Of a stretch of 64,000 nucleotides of DNA, positions 25,581 through 38,164 are shown one piece after another (within the stretch, counting starts at the first letter, position 1; every line of letters begins with the position of its first letter). Both the position numbers and the translations under genes were made by a program. The notes under the pieces were generated by a model, which was not told the DNA's origin, made no database searches, and saw only the letters and a list, made by a program, of their open reading frames with translations. Source of the stretch: Podarcis cretensis (Eukaryota); contig OX638157.1 in the NCBI GenBank assembly GCA_951804945.1, positions 33,728,001-33,792,000 on the forward strand, read 5' to 3'.

Positions 25581-25828
25581 GTAAGTCCAATTGAAGATAC
25601 CAATTCATATGCATATAACTTCGTTTGTTTGTGAGGGATGGGATTTCATTTTACATTACTAAAAAGCTAGGCATGATGTGGAAGATTCATGATGAGGAAC
25701 TCCTGCAGTGTCTTGAAGTTTTGTTTTATTTTACTCATCAAAAGATCCACTTTGTGCCCTTCCTATCTGCACTTCCCCCCATTCTTTCTCTCCCATTAAT
25801 GAGAAAATGAATTGTCTTCTTATGTGTA

Positions 25829-26192
25829 AAGGTAAAGGTAAAGGTACCCCTGCCCGTACGGGCCAGTCTTGACAGACTCTGGGGTTGGTGCGCCCATCTC
25901 ACTCAAGAGGCCGGGGGCCAGCGCTGTCCGGAGACACTTCCGGGTCACGTGGCCAGCGTGACAAAGCTGCATCTGGCGAGCCAGCGCAGCACACGGAAAC
26001 GCCGTTTACCTTCCCGCCAGTAAGCGGTCCCTATTTATCTACTTGCACCCGGGGGTGCTTTCAAACTGCTAGGTTGGCAGGCACTGGGGCCGAGCAGCGG
26101 GAGCGCACCCCGCCACGGGGATTCGAACCGCCGACCTTCCGATCGGCAAGCCCTAGGCGCTGAGGCTTTTACCCACAGCGCCACCCGCGTCC
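25829..26192 (-). mobile_element. Young Sauria SINE, full length, same subfamily as 24076-24441
   Basis: Shares diagnostic AAAGCCTCAGCGCCTAGG and GAAGTGTCTCCGGACAGCGCTGGCC segments. 13-bp TSD CTTCTTATGTGTA at 25816-25828 and 26192-26204. Confidence 0.94.
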
Positions 26193-26310
26193 TTCTTATG
26201 TGTAGGGTTATGCTTACCTTACTTTTGAGGTGGCCAAGCGGTGTCTGTGAGTGTCTTTTATTTCATTATGCATATCATCTCACCTGTTGCCTGCACTCTG
26301 TACCCTTCCT

Positions 26311-26556
26311 GAAGAAGAGTTTGGATTTGATATCCCGCTTTATCACTACCCAAAGGAGTCTCAAAGCGGCTAACATTCTCCTTTTCCTTCCTCCCCAACA
26401 ACAAACACTCTGTGAGGTAAGTGGGCTGAGAGACTTCAAAGAAGTGTGACTAGCCCAAGGTCACCCAGCAGCTACATGTGGAGGAGCGGAGACGCGAACC
26501 CGGTTCCCCAGATTACGAGTCTACCGCTCTTAACCACCACACCACACTGGCTCTCT
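26311..26556 (-). mobile_element. Squam3-like SINE, full length
   Basis: Collinear with 997-1289, with a short GAA tail and complete head ...CACACTGGCTCTC. Confidence 0.88.
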
Positions 26557-26617
26557 CCTGGGTGCCCATGTTTTAGCTAAAGCCTGGGGAAATACATCAG
26601 GAAGCAACTCCTCTTAT

Positions 26618-26948
26618 CAACGGCAGAGGAAGCTGCTCAGGCGCCTGGGGCGGTGCACCCAGGGGCGGTGCAAGCTGGCCATAAGAATGGGGCACACTGC
26701 GGGGCCTCCAGAGTCTGCCTGCCTCCTTCCACTCAGCCACCCTACAACTGGGGGGGGGGAGGCAGTGGCAGATCGTTTGGGCAGCGCAGAGCCTGTACAC
26801 ACCGAAGCCACCGTGTCTCTCCCAGGAGAGACACATAGCTCAGGCGTGCTGCAGGCCCCACGGTGAGTGCTGCCCGGCATTTTGTCACCCCGTCAGTGGT
26901 GACACCTGGGGCGACCCGCCCCACCACACCCCCTTTCCTCCACCCCTG
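26618..26948. mobile_element. GC-rich non-autonomous hAT element
   Basis: Perfect 8-bp TSD CCTCTTAT at 26610-26617 and 26949-26956. Degenerate TIRs CAACGGCAGAGGAA / TTCCTCCACCCCTG. Confidence 0.75.
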
Positions 26949-27462
26949 CCTCTTATTGGGCTTTTTCTGATCAGGAAGTGTGTGCAGTCAGAGCAGCTCT
27001 ACACAGAAATGTTTACTGCAGGGAAAAATACACCTACTTCTCTTGCCCACCTTCCAACAATAAGATATTCTAAAATTCCATCAAACTGCTAAATAAATTC
27101 TATAGTGCTTGTTCCTCCTACTCTTCTTTATATATTTCTTTTGATATCAAAAGAAGCTTAATAAAAAACCATATGGTATTTTGAGAAGCATTAAATACAG
27201 AAGGATCTATTTAATACAATTCTCCAAAACAGCTGTATGATGTTGCTAATTATAGAAAATGAAAGCTAACCATGGCAGAGCCAGCTCACTGGTCTCCTGT
27301 GTTGAATTGATTCATGTCTTTTGTGCCCATCCCCAGAACAGTCAAGTGTTGAAAAGCAAAAGTTTTATTTTTAAGAAATCACTTTTGCCAACACCTATAC
27401 GGAAGAGAAAAATTAATACTCAGAAATTCAATGTAATCTAGCCACAAACACTTCTTTATGTA

Positions 27463-27512
27463 GCATGGGTCATGAAGAGTCGGACACGACTAAATGACTA
27501 AACAACAACAAA
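27463..27512 (+). mobile_element. BovB (RTE) LINE extreme 3' tip
   Basis: CATGGGTCATGAAGAGTCGGACACGACTAAATGACTAAACAACAACAA is the typical BovB 3' end with a (CAA)n tail. Confidence 0.75.
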
Positions 27513-28319
27513 ATACCTTTATGAACTGGCTCCCTGCAATTGCTACTGACACTGCAAGGGACCTTGTCAATTTTACTTTCAGTTGGCATGCAAACATAAA
27601 TTGGGTGCAAAACTCATCTGTTGTCTGGCCTAACATGATCAAATTTTAGCACAGAGAAATATGCAGCAATACAGCACATTGTTACATGACAAAAGACAAT
27701 TAACACCTCAGTCCTAAGATTCCAAGGAAATGTGTTGATAATCTCAGTCTTGGACCATGAAAGAGCATTTAAGATCTACGTGTATATTGCAGAGCTTTTG
27801 TTCCTTTAGCCGAAAGAATACCTTGAGCTATACGTATCTGTCAGGCCGCTCTTGAAACTTAGTAGGGGTTGTTTTTTTTTAAAAAAAAGAGTTTGCAATG
27901 TTGTACATGCATGTAAAGGCTCATCAGATTATGCCTTTTTATACATTATTTTGTTTTTGCAAAGAACCAATATGTGAAAGGACTCCAGTCACAAGGAGCA
28001 CTTACATGCATCCAGCAGCTGACACATGACTTTTACAGACACTGCAGCAAATGCATGGGCATTGTGTGCTGCACCAGCATGTGTGGGTTGTGGTTTGGCT
28101 CCCCACTGCCACATGTGTGCATTGTACATATAGATAACATGAGAAATAGACCACTATGGCCGATATGTGGACCACTGTTAGTAAAAAAATTGTCTACTTA
28201 TTTCTTTCCCTTTTTTTAACAATTGTCTTTCTGTTTCTTTCCCTTTTATGTGGTGTCCTGAATATTTTAATCCCTTGAAATCAAAATTGTTTCTCAAAAA
28301 ATAACAACAAAATATTAAG

Positions 28320-28574
28320 CAGGGGTAGGCAACCTAAGGCCCGGGGCCCTGATGCGGCCCATTCGCCTTCTCAATCTGGCCTGCGGATGGTCCGGGGATC
28401 AGCGTGTTTTTACATGAGTAGAATGTGTCCTTTTATTTAAAATGCATCTCTGAGTTATTTGTGGGGCATAGGAATTCATTCATCCCCCCCCCCAAAAAAA
28501 AATATAGTCCGGCCCACCACTTGGTCTGAGGGACGGTGGACTGGCCCATGGTTGAAAAAGGTTGCTGACCCCTG
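28320..28574 (+). mobile_element. hAT-Charlie-type MITE (255 bp)
   Basis: TIRs CAGGGGTAGGCAACCT / AGGTTGCTGACCCCTG. Perfect 8-bp TSD ATATTAAG at 28312-28319 and 28575-28582. A second copy lies at 46937. Confidence 0.9.
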
Positions 28575-30199
28575 ATATTAAGCTTTAAACGCTGAATTGC
28601 AAGAGCACTAGGATGTTCTGGAGCTCTCTGCTGGCTATGGCTAACAGGAGAACTGCTCTTTGTTGGCTGTCCCAAGAAAAAGTCATTTTCTATGCATCAC
28701 CACATGGGAATAATTTGTGCTCCGGAGTCCTGAGCGTACTTGTTCTAAGATACAACATAAAAAAAAAAATCCTAGGCTAAAATTAATTAAACCAAAACCA
28801 AATACCTCATATTTCCTTTCTTATCCACCGAGTCATTCTTATCCATATGCCTTCTAGTGATAGCATTGGTTTACGGGGCTGTTAAAATCCAGCACAAATT
28901 GGTATTTCAAAATGTATCATGTGGAACACCAGTTTTGACCAATCTATTTAAAGTGTTATAAATCTATACCTAACATGGCAAAAGATTTTGCTGTTTAGGT
29001 TGCACTCTGTGTGGATGAACACTTCTAAAACAAGAGATGCAAATTTAATCAATGGATTTAAAACTTTACGCCACTTGAGGCCCTTGATGAGCCTTTAATC
29101 AGCCTAGCAAAGTGAATGCATCATCTAATTGTTTTTCATCTCCCACCCTCTAAATGAAAGACAAACAGATATTCGGGGGGGGGGATTTAGGTGCTATTTA
29201 CATTTTTATTTATAATTTCTCCTACTCTGTGCCTTTTGCTTTTTAGTAGCATACTGTTTAAAACAGGGGGAGGGAATATCCTTCCAAAGTCTTCTTTCAA
29301 ATTCAAGTAGTCAAGTGCTGTACTGACACTTCTGAGTCATGTCAAGAGACACCTTTTTGTACCCCTAGGTTAACGCAGTTGTGCTAACCATGAAAGAGGC
29401 TTCTATTTTTCTGACACATTCTCAGGGCACTTCAGAATTTATTCAGATTATTGGTGGGTGCAGAGTTTAGCTTGCTTTATTGTAAGCTGGCAATAGGTGA
29501 AACTCCATTCTAGCATGCTGCATTCTCCCTGGCTGCCTATTCCTCCTGTCCTGAAAAAGCCCCATCAGACGAGTTACCTTATAATGTATTATAATGTCTT
29601 TCCCTGAACTTTAATCGACAGGTAGGAAGCCTGCGAAGCTGGTTGCAGAATGTCTGGAATTAGTGTGCTCAATGATGTTATTTTTAAGGGAAGTCTTTCT
29701 CTTACCTTTTATTGTTAATAACTCATGATTTATTTAAAAGCACAATGACCTAAAACAATAGGTAACAGTGAACAGCTGTTAGGAGCACATTAGGAGTGGT
29801 CTTCCCATTTTACTGTGCTTACAGGTAAATCCATTGGAGATGTCATCAAATTTTCAGGAGAAGAGAGCACCCAGAAAGGCTGCAGGGTGCAGAATGGGAA
29901 GAAATGACACTCATAAAACATTGCTCAATGACCTTAAAAGTAAGCTTCACATAACAAAGTCTTGCACCACACCCATAATAATTTCACTGTTTAATCTCCC
30001 CTTTTCTATTTCTTTTCTCATTAATTGATGGAGAATAGTTGGAAAAAACATGTGGCAGAAAGTTTAGGCTCAGCAGCAGCTAGAACAGACTCTGTTGGCT
30101 ATAAGGACTGGTAGGGGCCACTGCATATTGAAGTTTGGATTTCTTCTGGACTATGGGTACTGAAATAGATGAGCAATTGTGCCTGATTGCGCCGTACTA

Positions 30200-30292
30200 A
30201 GGCTGTGATCCTATGCACACTTACTTGGGAGGAAGCCTCACTGAACACAATGAAGCTTAATTCTAAGTAAGCATACATAGGCTTGCACTGTA
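30200..30292. repeat. Short palindromic interspersed repeat (old MITE-like hairpin)
   Basis: ATCCTATGCACACTTACTT...TAAGTAAGCATACATAGG. Relatives at about 30645-31375 (split by CR1) and about 32122-32202. Confidence 0.6.
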
Positions 30293-30680
30293 AGCCTTTT
30301 TGAACCATCTGAAGTGCAAAAGACTAAGACCCACTTGTCCTGCCCACAGCTCCCCTCCCCATACCTGTTTCTTCAATATAGGGTTGACTTCCTCATCTTC
30401 AGCTAACAGTGATGGCAGCGAAGGAGAAGCTCTTTGAGGTTGGCACTGGATATTGCTATTGTGCACAGGCTTGTTATCATCTCGAAAGTGCTTCTCAACT
30501 CCTGCTGCTTCCAGTACTGGCTAGCAAAAAGCTTTAACTGAACGTTTTGTCTAAAATTTAAGTTCTGGATCTTGCAGTTTGACCCCCACTATCCCCTTGA
30601 CCCACAAGTCTTCAAATCTCAACATTTCCAGGATTGAAAATTTCCATACATCCTATGCATGTTACTGAGTAGCAAGTCCC

Positions 30681-31332
30681 ACTTGACATGAGCCAACAGT
30701 GTGACGCGGCAGCTAAAAAAGCCAATGCAATTCTGGGCTGCATCAATAGGAGTATTGCATCTAGATGAAGGGAAGTAATAGTGCCACTGTATTCTGCTCT
30801 GGTCAGACCTCACCTGGAGTACTGTGTCCAGTTCTGGGCACCACAGTTCAAGAAGGACACGGACAAACTGGAACGTGTCCAGAGGAGGGCAACCAAAATG
30901 GACAAAGGCCTGGAAACGATGCCCTATGAAGAACGGCTAAGGGAGCTGGGCATGTTTAGTCTGGAGAAGAGGAGGTTAAGGGGTGATATGATAGCCATGT
31001 TCAAATATATAAAAGGATGTCACATAGAGGAGGGAGAAAGGTTGTTTTCTGCTGCTCCAGAGAAGCGGACACGGAGCAATGGTTCCAAACTACAAGAAAA
31101 AAGATTCCACCTAAACATTAGGAAGAACTTCCTGACAGTAAGAGCTGTTCAACAGTGGAATTTGCTGCCAAGGAGTGTGGTGGAGTCTCCTTCTTTGGAG
31201 GTCTTTAAGCAGAGGCTTGACAACCATATGTCAGGAGTGCTCTGATGGTGTTTCCTGCTTGGCAGGGGGTTGGACTCGATGGCCCTTGTGGTCTCTTCCA
31301 ACTCTATGTTTCTATGATTCTATGATTCTATG
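30681..31332 (+). mobile_element. Young 5'-truncated CR1 LINE (0.65 kb 3' end)
   Basis: ORF 30781-31245 is almost identical to the C-terminus of the other two young copies, with a (TTCTATGA)n tail. Confidence 0.95.
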
Positions 31333-32989
31333 TATTTATTGGGGTTTACTTGTAGGTAAGTGGGTGTAGGATTCTGGCAATAGTGATATATTTTTAAAAT
31401 AAAAATGGGACAGGGAGCTTTTAGTAATCCTTTTTACACTAATAAGGCTTTCTCTTGGGGGTGGGATATACTTAGATCTCATTGCTTAGACTGGAAAAAA
31501 TAACAGTGAAATAGAAATTCTGCATAGCATTTCAAATAAGCCACTTTAGCCTTCAAATGTGCATGTTGTTAATTACATTTTGTTTTTTGTTTTGTTTTTT
31601 TTAAAAAATACTTATTACCTTCCTATTTGTTATAGTAATGTATTCATGATCTTTTAATGCTGACCCCATGTTGAATACCACATACTTTTGCTTAAATGTT
31701 CCATTAACATAATTCATTCTGTAGGCAGCACATTTTCCTTTGTTATATTGAAGATGCTCTGTTGAAACATGATGCTTTGCCAGTGTTCCAGTCCCCACAC
31801 TGTTCTTAATTATTGTACAATATTGTTTGAGTATTTGAACACTATCCAGACCCGGTGACCTGTGTAATTCATTCCATGGATATGCTGGAGACTAAAGTGT
31901 CAGCTATTTATTTCCTTTCATTGCTTGTATATGAAGTATTGGTTATCCTTTGGCCTTAGTTCCCTGAAGTACTTCCCATCTGTCATGTGTTTCTGTAGTT
32001 ACATTTGTTTCTTCTTTACATCCATTTTAAAATGCAGGCATAAACCCAGTCTTTCTGATACATAAATAAAAAAGGAGAAGTGGCGGCAATTCAAGTTGGC
32101 AACTACACTCTAGTATTCTTTCAGTGCAATTCTATGCTTATCTGCTCCAAAATAAGTTTCATTAAGTTCAAAGGAATTACTCCCAGGTGTGTGTAGGATT
32201 GAATGTAGTGAGTAGTTTTTCCCATTTTGACTGTGTACTGCACTCAATGTTGAAAATATATATCAAACAGCAGGCAAATCGGTCATATCTAACTTCACTG
32301 TATTTTGGGCTGATTGCAAAAATTGAATTGCACAGAAGCCAGATACATATCATTGATGGGTATATCAAACATTTTCTCCATAGTTTCCCTCCCATCTTCA
32401 TTTTGTCAATAGTAAATAATGAAGATAATAAATTAAGCCATTATAAGATCATTTGAGTTTCCCACATAGTTTATTATTATTTATTTAGATAGAATTTTCT
32501 GCTTCTGTTTGTGGCCAGTGCTCTTCATCCTGTGGTACGCATAACTGCCTGGCATTTTGTGAGTTACCATTGGCTGAAAAGCACCATTTGGTACATGTGT
32601 TTGCTGCAGTTAATAAATGGTGGTCCAGTCAATCAGTGAATAACAAGCTGATATAAAGGGAACCGATGATACTAGCACCTGGCTTGCAGAACTTGAAGGT
32701 CTGACAGTGTGAATTGAATATTATGTGAAGACCAGTTTCACATGTGCTTTCTTAAGCAAATTTAGGAGGTAAAAAGAAGAAGCAATTCATAAGAAATCAA
32801 AATAAATCATGGTAACCTTGTTGAGAATCTTAATATATCTCTGCACTGATTATGAAGCTCTTGTCCAAAGCTATACTCCCAAACCATTAAGTACACAAGA
32901 CAGCTATGAAATACCATCTCATCCTTTGTGTTTTATTGTATCGCAAATGTGAGTCATTGATTTTACAGCTACTTTGCACAGAATTGTTT

Positions 32990-33459
32990 ATGTTCCCAGT
33001 CAAGCTTGTAAGCACTCCATTTACATGCCTGAGGAGCTGGTTAAGAACAGAAGTGTTGCCATAGAGACAACTGAGTGGTGATATTCTTTCAGGAGGGCTA
33101 AGACTCCCCTCACCTCCCCTGGCAGAATGCTGCATCATCCTAGGGATAAGAGGACAACAGGCCAAGGACTGGTCTTTGTTTTAAGTCTGGTCTGAAGCTG
33201 GGAGCTTGCTCTCTGTGAGGAATCCGAAGCTGTGACTTTGGGGACCTTACTTGAAACTTAATGGACAAGCAAGATCTGTTGGTCAGACTCACAGCATTAA
33301 CACTCCATCTTATGCTTAGGTTGTATATATGTGTAAATAAAACCATATGTACTAAAGACACTACAATGTCTTATGACCTTCTTTCCAAGGAAACTGAACT
33401 CTGGATAAGTGTTGGTACCCCTGGAGTCTCTCACCACTCAGATATTGAGATGCATCACA
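32990..33459 (+). mobile_element. Possible degenerate solo LTR
   Basis: TGTGTAAATAAAACC poly(A) context at about 33336, followed by about 120 bp ending in ...CATCACA. The left boundary is uncertain. Confidence 0.3.
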
Positions 33460-33491
33460 GCCTCCATTCTGATAAATGGTGATGAAGTAAC

Positions 33492-34421
33492 TAGGGCTAG
33501 CCCACATATGAGGCAAGGTGAACAACTGCCTTGGGTGCCAGGATCCACAGAGGTAGCAGATCCAGACTCCAAGGAATGCAGCTGATATGAAGGTGTATGA
33601 GATTGAGGGCAATTCACTCACTACCTTAAGCCAATTGTGAGCCAAAGGTGAGCCAAACCACAGATTGGTGAGCTTGATGTTGATACCAGGAAAGGTCTTA
33701 GAACAGTTACTAAAACATCCAGTCTGTGAACATTTAGAAAAGGATGCTGTGATTACTAAGACCCAGTATGGCTTGCTCAAAAACTAGTAATACCAGATGA
33801 ATCTTATTTTTTATTTTGATGCAAGTTTATTGGATCGCTTGGTGGATTAGGAGAATGCTGTGGATGTAGTGTTCTTGATTGCAGCAAGGCTTTTGACAAA
33901 GTACCCCAGGAGCTTCTTGCAGAGAAGCTGGTAAAATGGGGGCTAGATGAGGTAACTGTTAGATGGATTTGTGGCTGGTTGATTGACTGAACTCAAAGAG
34001 TGCTCACTAATGGTTCCTTGTCATCCTGGAAAAAAGTGACAAGCAGGGTGCCTCAGGGTTCTGTCCTGGACAAGTTCTTCTTCAAGGGCTTTATGAATGA
34101 CTTGGTTGAAGGAATTGAGTGGATTCACATCCAATTTGCAAAGTGGGAGAGGGGCTAATGCCACAGAAGACGGAATCAGGATTCAATATGACCTTAACAG
34201 ATTGGAGAACTGGGCCCAATAAAGGAAATGAATGTCAATAGGGACAAATGTAAGGTTTTGCACTGACAGCAATAACGAGCTGTACAAATATAAGAGGGGG
34301 GATATCTGGCTTGTTAGTGGAACATGTGAAAGGTATATAGGGGTCTTAATAGACCACAAGCTAAACATGGGGAGGATTTTGTGGTTGACCTCAGGTGCTA
34401 AAATGTCTTGGGCTGGTCCTG
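33492..34421. mobile_element. Old hAT-like non-autonomous element enclosing a CR1 fragment
   Basis: Degenerate TIRs TAGGGCTAGCCC / GGGCTGGTCCTG. Flanking 8-mers GAAGTAAC / GACGTAGC match at 6/8. Confidence 0.45.
33650..34368 (+). mobile_element. Old CR1 ORF2 RT fragment (frameshifted)
   Basis: Translates to degenerate [33 protein letters not shown] and IDHKLNM, collinear with the young CR1 ORF. Confidence 0.88.
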
Positions 34422-35369
34422 GACGTAGCCACTCCTAAAATTATGGCAATGTTTTCAGGTATTTCATGGAGAAAAGTATTTAGCCTAGAAGTTATACAAA
34501 TATCTATATTCATGCAGGAAAACTAATGATAAAAATAATTTTAAACTGCTGGAAATTGCATGCACACACACACACACATTTTTGTAATGTAGCAACATAA
34601 AAATACTCACAATTTGCTCCTCACTGAATATTTAATTTGCCACAACATGCCAGCATAGCCTAAGACCCTTTTGTCAATCAATGTAATTGCCTGAAACAAT
34701 GAGGATCCCATGTTACCTCACTCCACATGTTATAAATTAGTTTATAATGGATGAAATTACTTGATGAGAATTTGACAGTATATGGTTATGTGTTCAAAGA
34801 AATGATAGACTGTCCAAAGAGAGATATTAAAATCCAAATCTACAACCACTGTAATCCCAAGTTATTATTCTTATAGAAAGAAAAATGTTTTTTTATGAAA
34901 ATCATTTTCTCCATCATATTAAATGAGAATATGGATTTGAGACAAAATCCTTACTGCAGAGAAGGACAGACGTGAAGGGGAGGGGGGCATCACTATTTAT
35001 GCAAGAATTGTTCAAATTGTACCAAAGAGAGTCTGAATAACTATCTTTTCAGTCTCAAATTAAATATTCTATTATATGCTCTGCTTCCTTGTTCATTGTC
35101 TAATTTACCGATGTGTTTTAAGTCAGGGAAGATCTCTATCTTTGCTTCAGTTGACTGGCACGCCTAGTTTTGATTATTTGTATTGCTGAGCTGTTGTGTG
35201 GGGAATGTAGTGGATTTCTGTCGTAGGTAAATGTATGAATTGTTGGCTTGTTTAGATGAAACTTATTTGTTTCTCAGTAGGTAGACTCTGTTGTGGTTCA
35301 TGTCATTTCACATATTGCCAACAACACTAGACAACCCTCATGTTCACTGCAATTAACAATTCAGGTGGT

Positions 35370-36145
35370 TTTTAATTGTTGTTCAGTTCTTTATTTAATT
35401 ATTTATTTATGCATTTTACATACCTTAGTACATCAGTTATACAACTGTCATCTTTTATCTTACACTCTTTGACTTCCACACTCATCCCTCCATGGGACCT
35501 TATTTTGTCCTTGTTAAGCTGCATCTCCTTAATTACTACCCCACTTCTGCTTATTTTAACTGCTGCTCATATATCTAACCACAGTTGGAAGTTTATCTGA
35601 TTGTTATATTTCTTTAAATATTCACCAAAGTATTCCCAATCTTCTCTTATATCAGACGCATCTTGATTTCTTATCTTTGCAATCAACATAGCCTGTTTAT
35701 TCTATTAGCTTATTCTGCCAGTCTATTTTTGTCCTTCCACCATTGGGCATAAATTATTCTGGCGGCTGGTATTTCCCCCTCTGCTATACTCAGTAAGAAC
35801 ATCTCTGGTTTCTTGGGAAATGAGACCCTTAACATCTTTTTTAGTTCTGAGTATATCATCTCCCAATACTCTTTGGCTTTCTTGCAACCCCACCACATGT
35901 GTATAAATGTCCCTTCAATCTCTTCACATTTCCAACATAAATTGGTTCCCTTTTTATACATTTTAACAAGTTTTCTAGGGTCAAGTACCATCTATATATC
36001 ATCTATATATCATCTTTTGTAGATTCTCTTTTAGAGCATAGCATGCCAAAAATGTATTGTTGTTTTCTACAATTTCTCCCAAGAGGCCATATCTTTGTTG
36101 TGTCCTATGTCAATTGCCCATTGAATCATAGAGGCCTTTGTTGTT
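35370..36145 (-). mobile_element. L1-clade LINE 3' fragment
   Basis: ORF 35710-35991 (CWKCEEIEGTFIHMWWGCKKAKEYW...) is the ORF2 C-terminal CCHC region typical of non-mammalian L1, followed by an A-rich tail on the minus strand. Confidence 0.85.
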
Positions 36146-38164
36146 TATTTTTAAAAATAACAACCTCAGCCCAATCTCAAACATATTTACTCTGAATAAA
36201 ATAGTAGTCCTTATTCTGGAATGTGTTCAATATCAGTGAATGTGCCTTAAATTCATGGGCATCATAGCCACGGTTGATTGCTGGAGATGCAATTTGCCAC
36301 AAGCAGCCATACAGAAATAGAAATTTATCCAAACAATATCAGAGGCATCAGAAATAAGTGTGCTTTAAGGTTGTTGTTTGTTAAAAAATAAAATAAGGGG
36401 AGGGAGGAGAGCTGGGAGTGGGGAAATAAGGAAAAATACTGTTTTATTGTAGTAATGTAAAAACTCTAATAAACTATAGATTTTTTAAAAGTATACTGTG
36501 TAGTTCAGTACTATAAAACTATGTATAAAGGGGATGTAGAATTATATTGCAAAGAACCAAGAAAAAGTTTTCATCAAAGCTTAGCTTTGGATCTTTAATC
36601 AGAAAGGAGTGATAGCTACTGAGTTGCATTTTTTTGCTTACCAAGCTAAATCTAGCCTTACCAGCAGCCGTTACCCCTTAGTATTTTCATCCACCTCATT
36701 GACAAGAAACATGGTGTAACTCATTTGATCTATCAGTAATGGAGAAACAGCTTGAAAGACATTCCTTCATTCCTGTCAGAATGAATCAACCTTGTAATAT
36801 CTCAGAAGATAAGACCATCGATTCATGACTATAATAAATATGCCAATTTCTATTGTTTTCTGTTAGCTATGAATGCATTGATTGTTTAAGCTCCAGTGGT
36901 AATCTCAATCCCAAATAATGTACAAGAGATATTTTCGGTGCTTTAGTTATTTCTCCAACTGCTTTGCATCTCATTTTCCTACTCCCCCCCTCTAATGAAT
37001 CATTTTACTACTTCTAGCATAAACATGGAAAAGAGGAGAAATCTCTTGATTCCTTTCAGTAGTCTCAATTGCTGTGTGCCATTTATGGCAACATCTGCTT
37101 AGATTAGATTTCACTCCCCCCTCCCCATTCATCCCCTGTCATAATAAAATATTGACAGAAACAATTTCTACAGGGAAAATGGAAAATTAATAGATAAGAT
37201 GAAGCTCTACATGGTTTTTCATTAAAGTTCTGGTGTACTCTTGTATTTATTTAGATGATAATTTTTCAAGTATGAAACTGAACTCTATAGTCTTCTACCC
37301 ACACTACACAATTCAAAGGATTCTAACTTCCCTAGCACTGAACCACCTCTTCACATGTTAGCACTAATCCAGGAGCCTTCACTAATGTGGCAGCATGTTT
37401 TATGGTCTTCTTGTGGGGTTTTAAAGCTGAGAGTTTGCTAGCAGTGAGAGACTTCCCTACCTTAAGTATCAGTTCGGCTACATATGAACTAAATCCTACA
37501 TTCTTGAACTATGGAGCAGGTCTCCAGGGGGAAAAGGATGAAGGAAACCTGACCATGTGAGGGAAATATTGTGTATATATCTGTTTATGTTTTATTCTTT
37601 GAAATGGACTTCTGTGGCTTTTGGCGATGCCAGAATGTAACTTTCAGAGTCCAAGGCCTTGTGCTGCTACTGTGCTGCAGGACTTTCTAGCATTAGTTGA
37701 TTGGTCACAAGTTCTAAAGAGAGAGAGGAAAGCCTCTCACGTTAGAATTTATAGGCAGGGCCTGGATCAGGAAAATGCATTCTGATTGGTCTGGTAAGAA
37801 ATGGACCCTAACTGGTTGGAGATTCTAGCCAGTGAAGAATGGACAATTAACTGTCAGCCTGGACTTCATTGGCCACTGTGAATTTCAGTTAAGACACAGT
37901 AAGGAACTTTGATGGTGCAGCTAGACATATGTCTTGGCATGCTTTGTTTGAAGAGAGGGGTCTTCCAAGGCTCAGGAGGCACCTGTAGTCAACAACATAG
38001 ACCATGGGGAAGCACTTGGACAGGACTTGCTCTTAGCCTAACTATATGCCCAAGCACAGAGCTTTATCATAGGCAGAATGCTCACGCATGAGTAGACTGG
38101 CCCGAGGAGTAGCACAGAGAGCCAGGCTAGTTCCTTTGGTGGAAAATACAGACAGATTGATACT

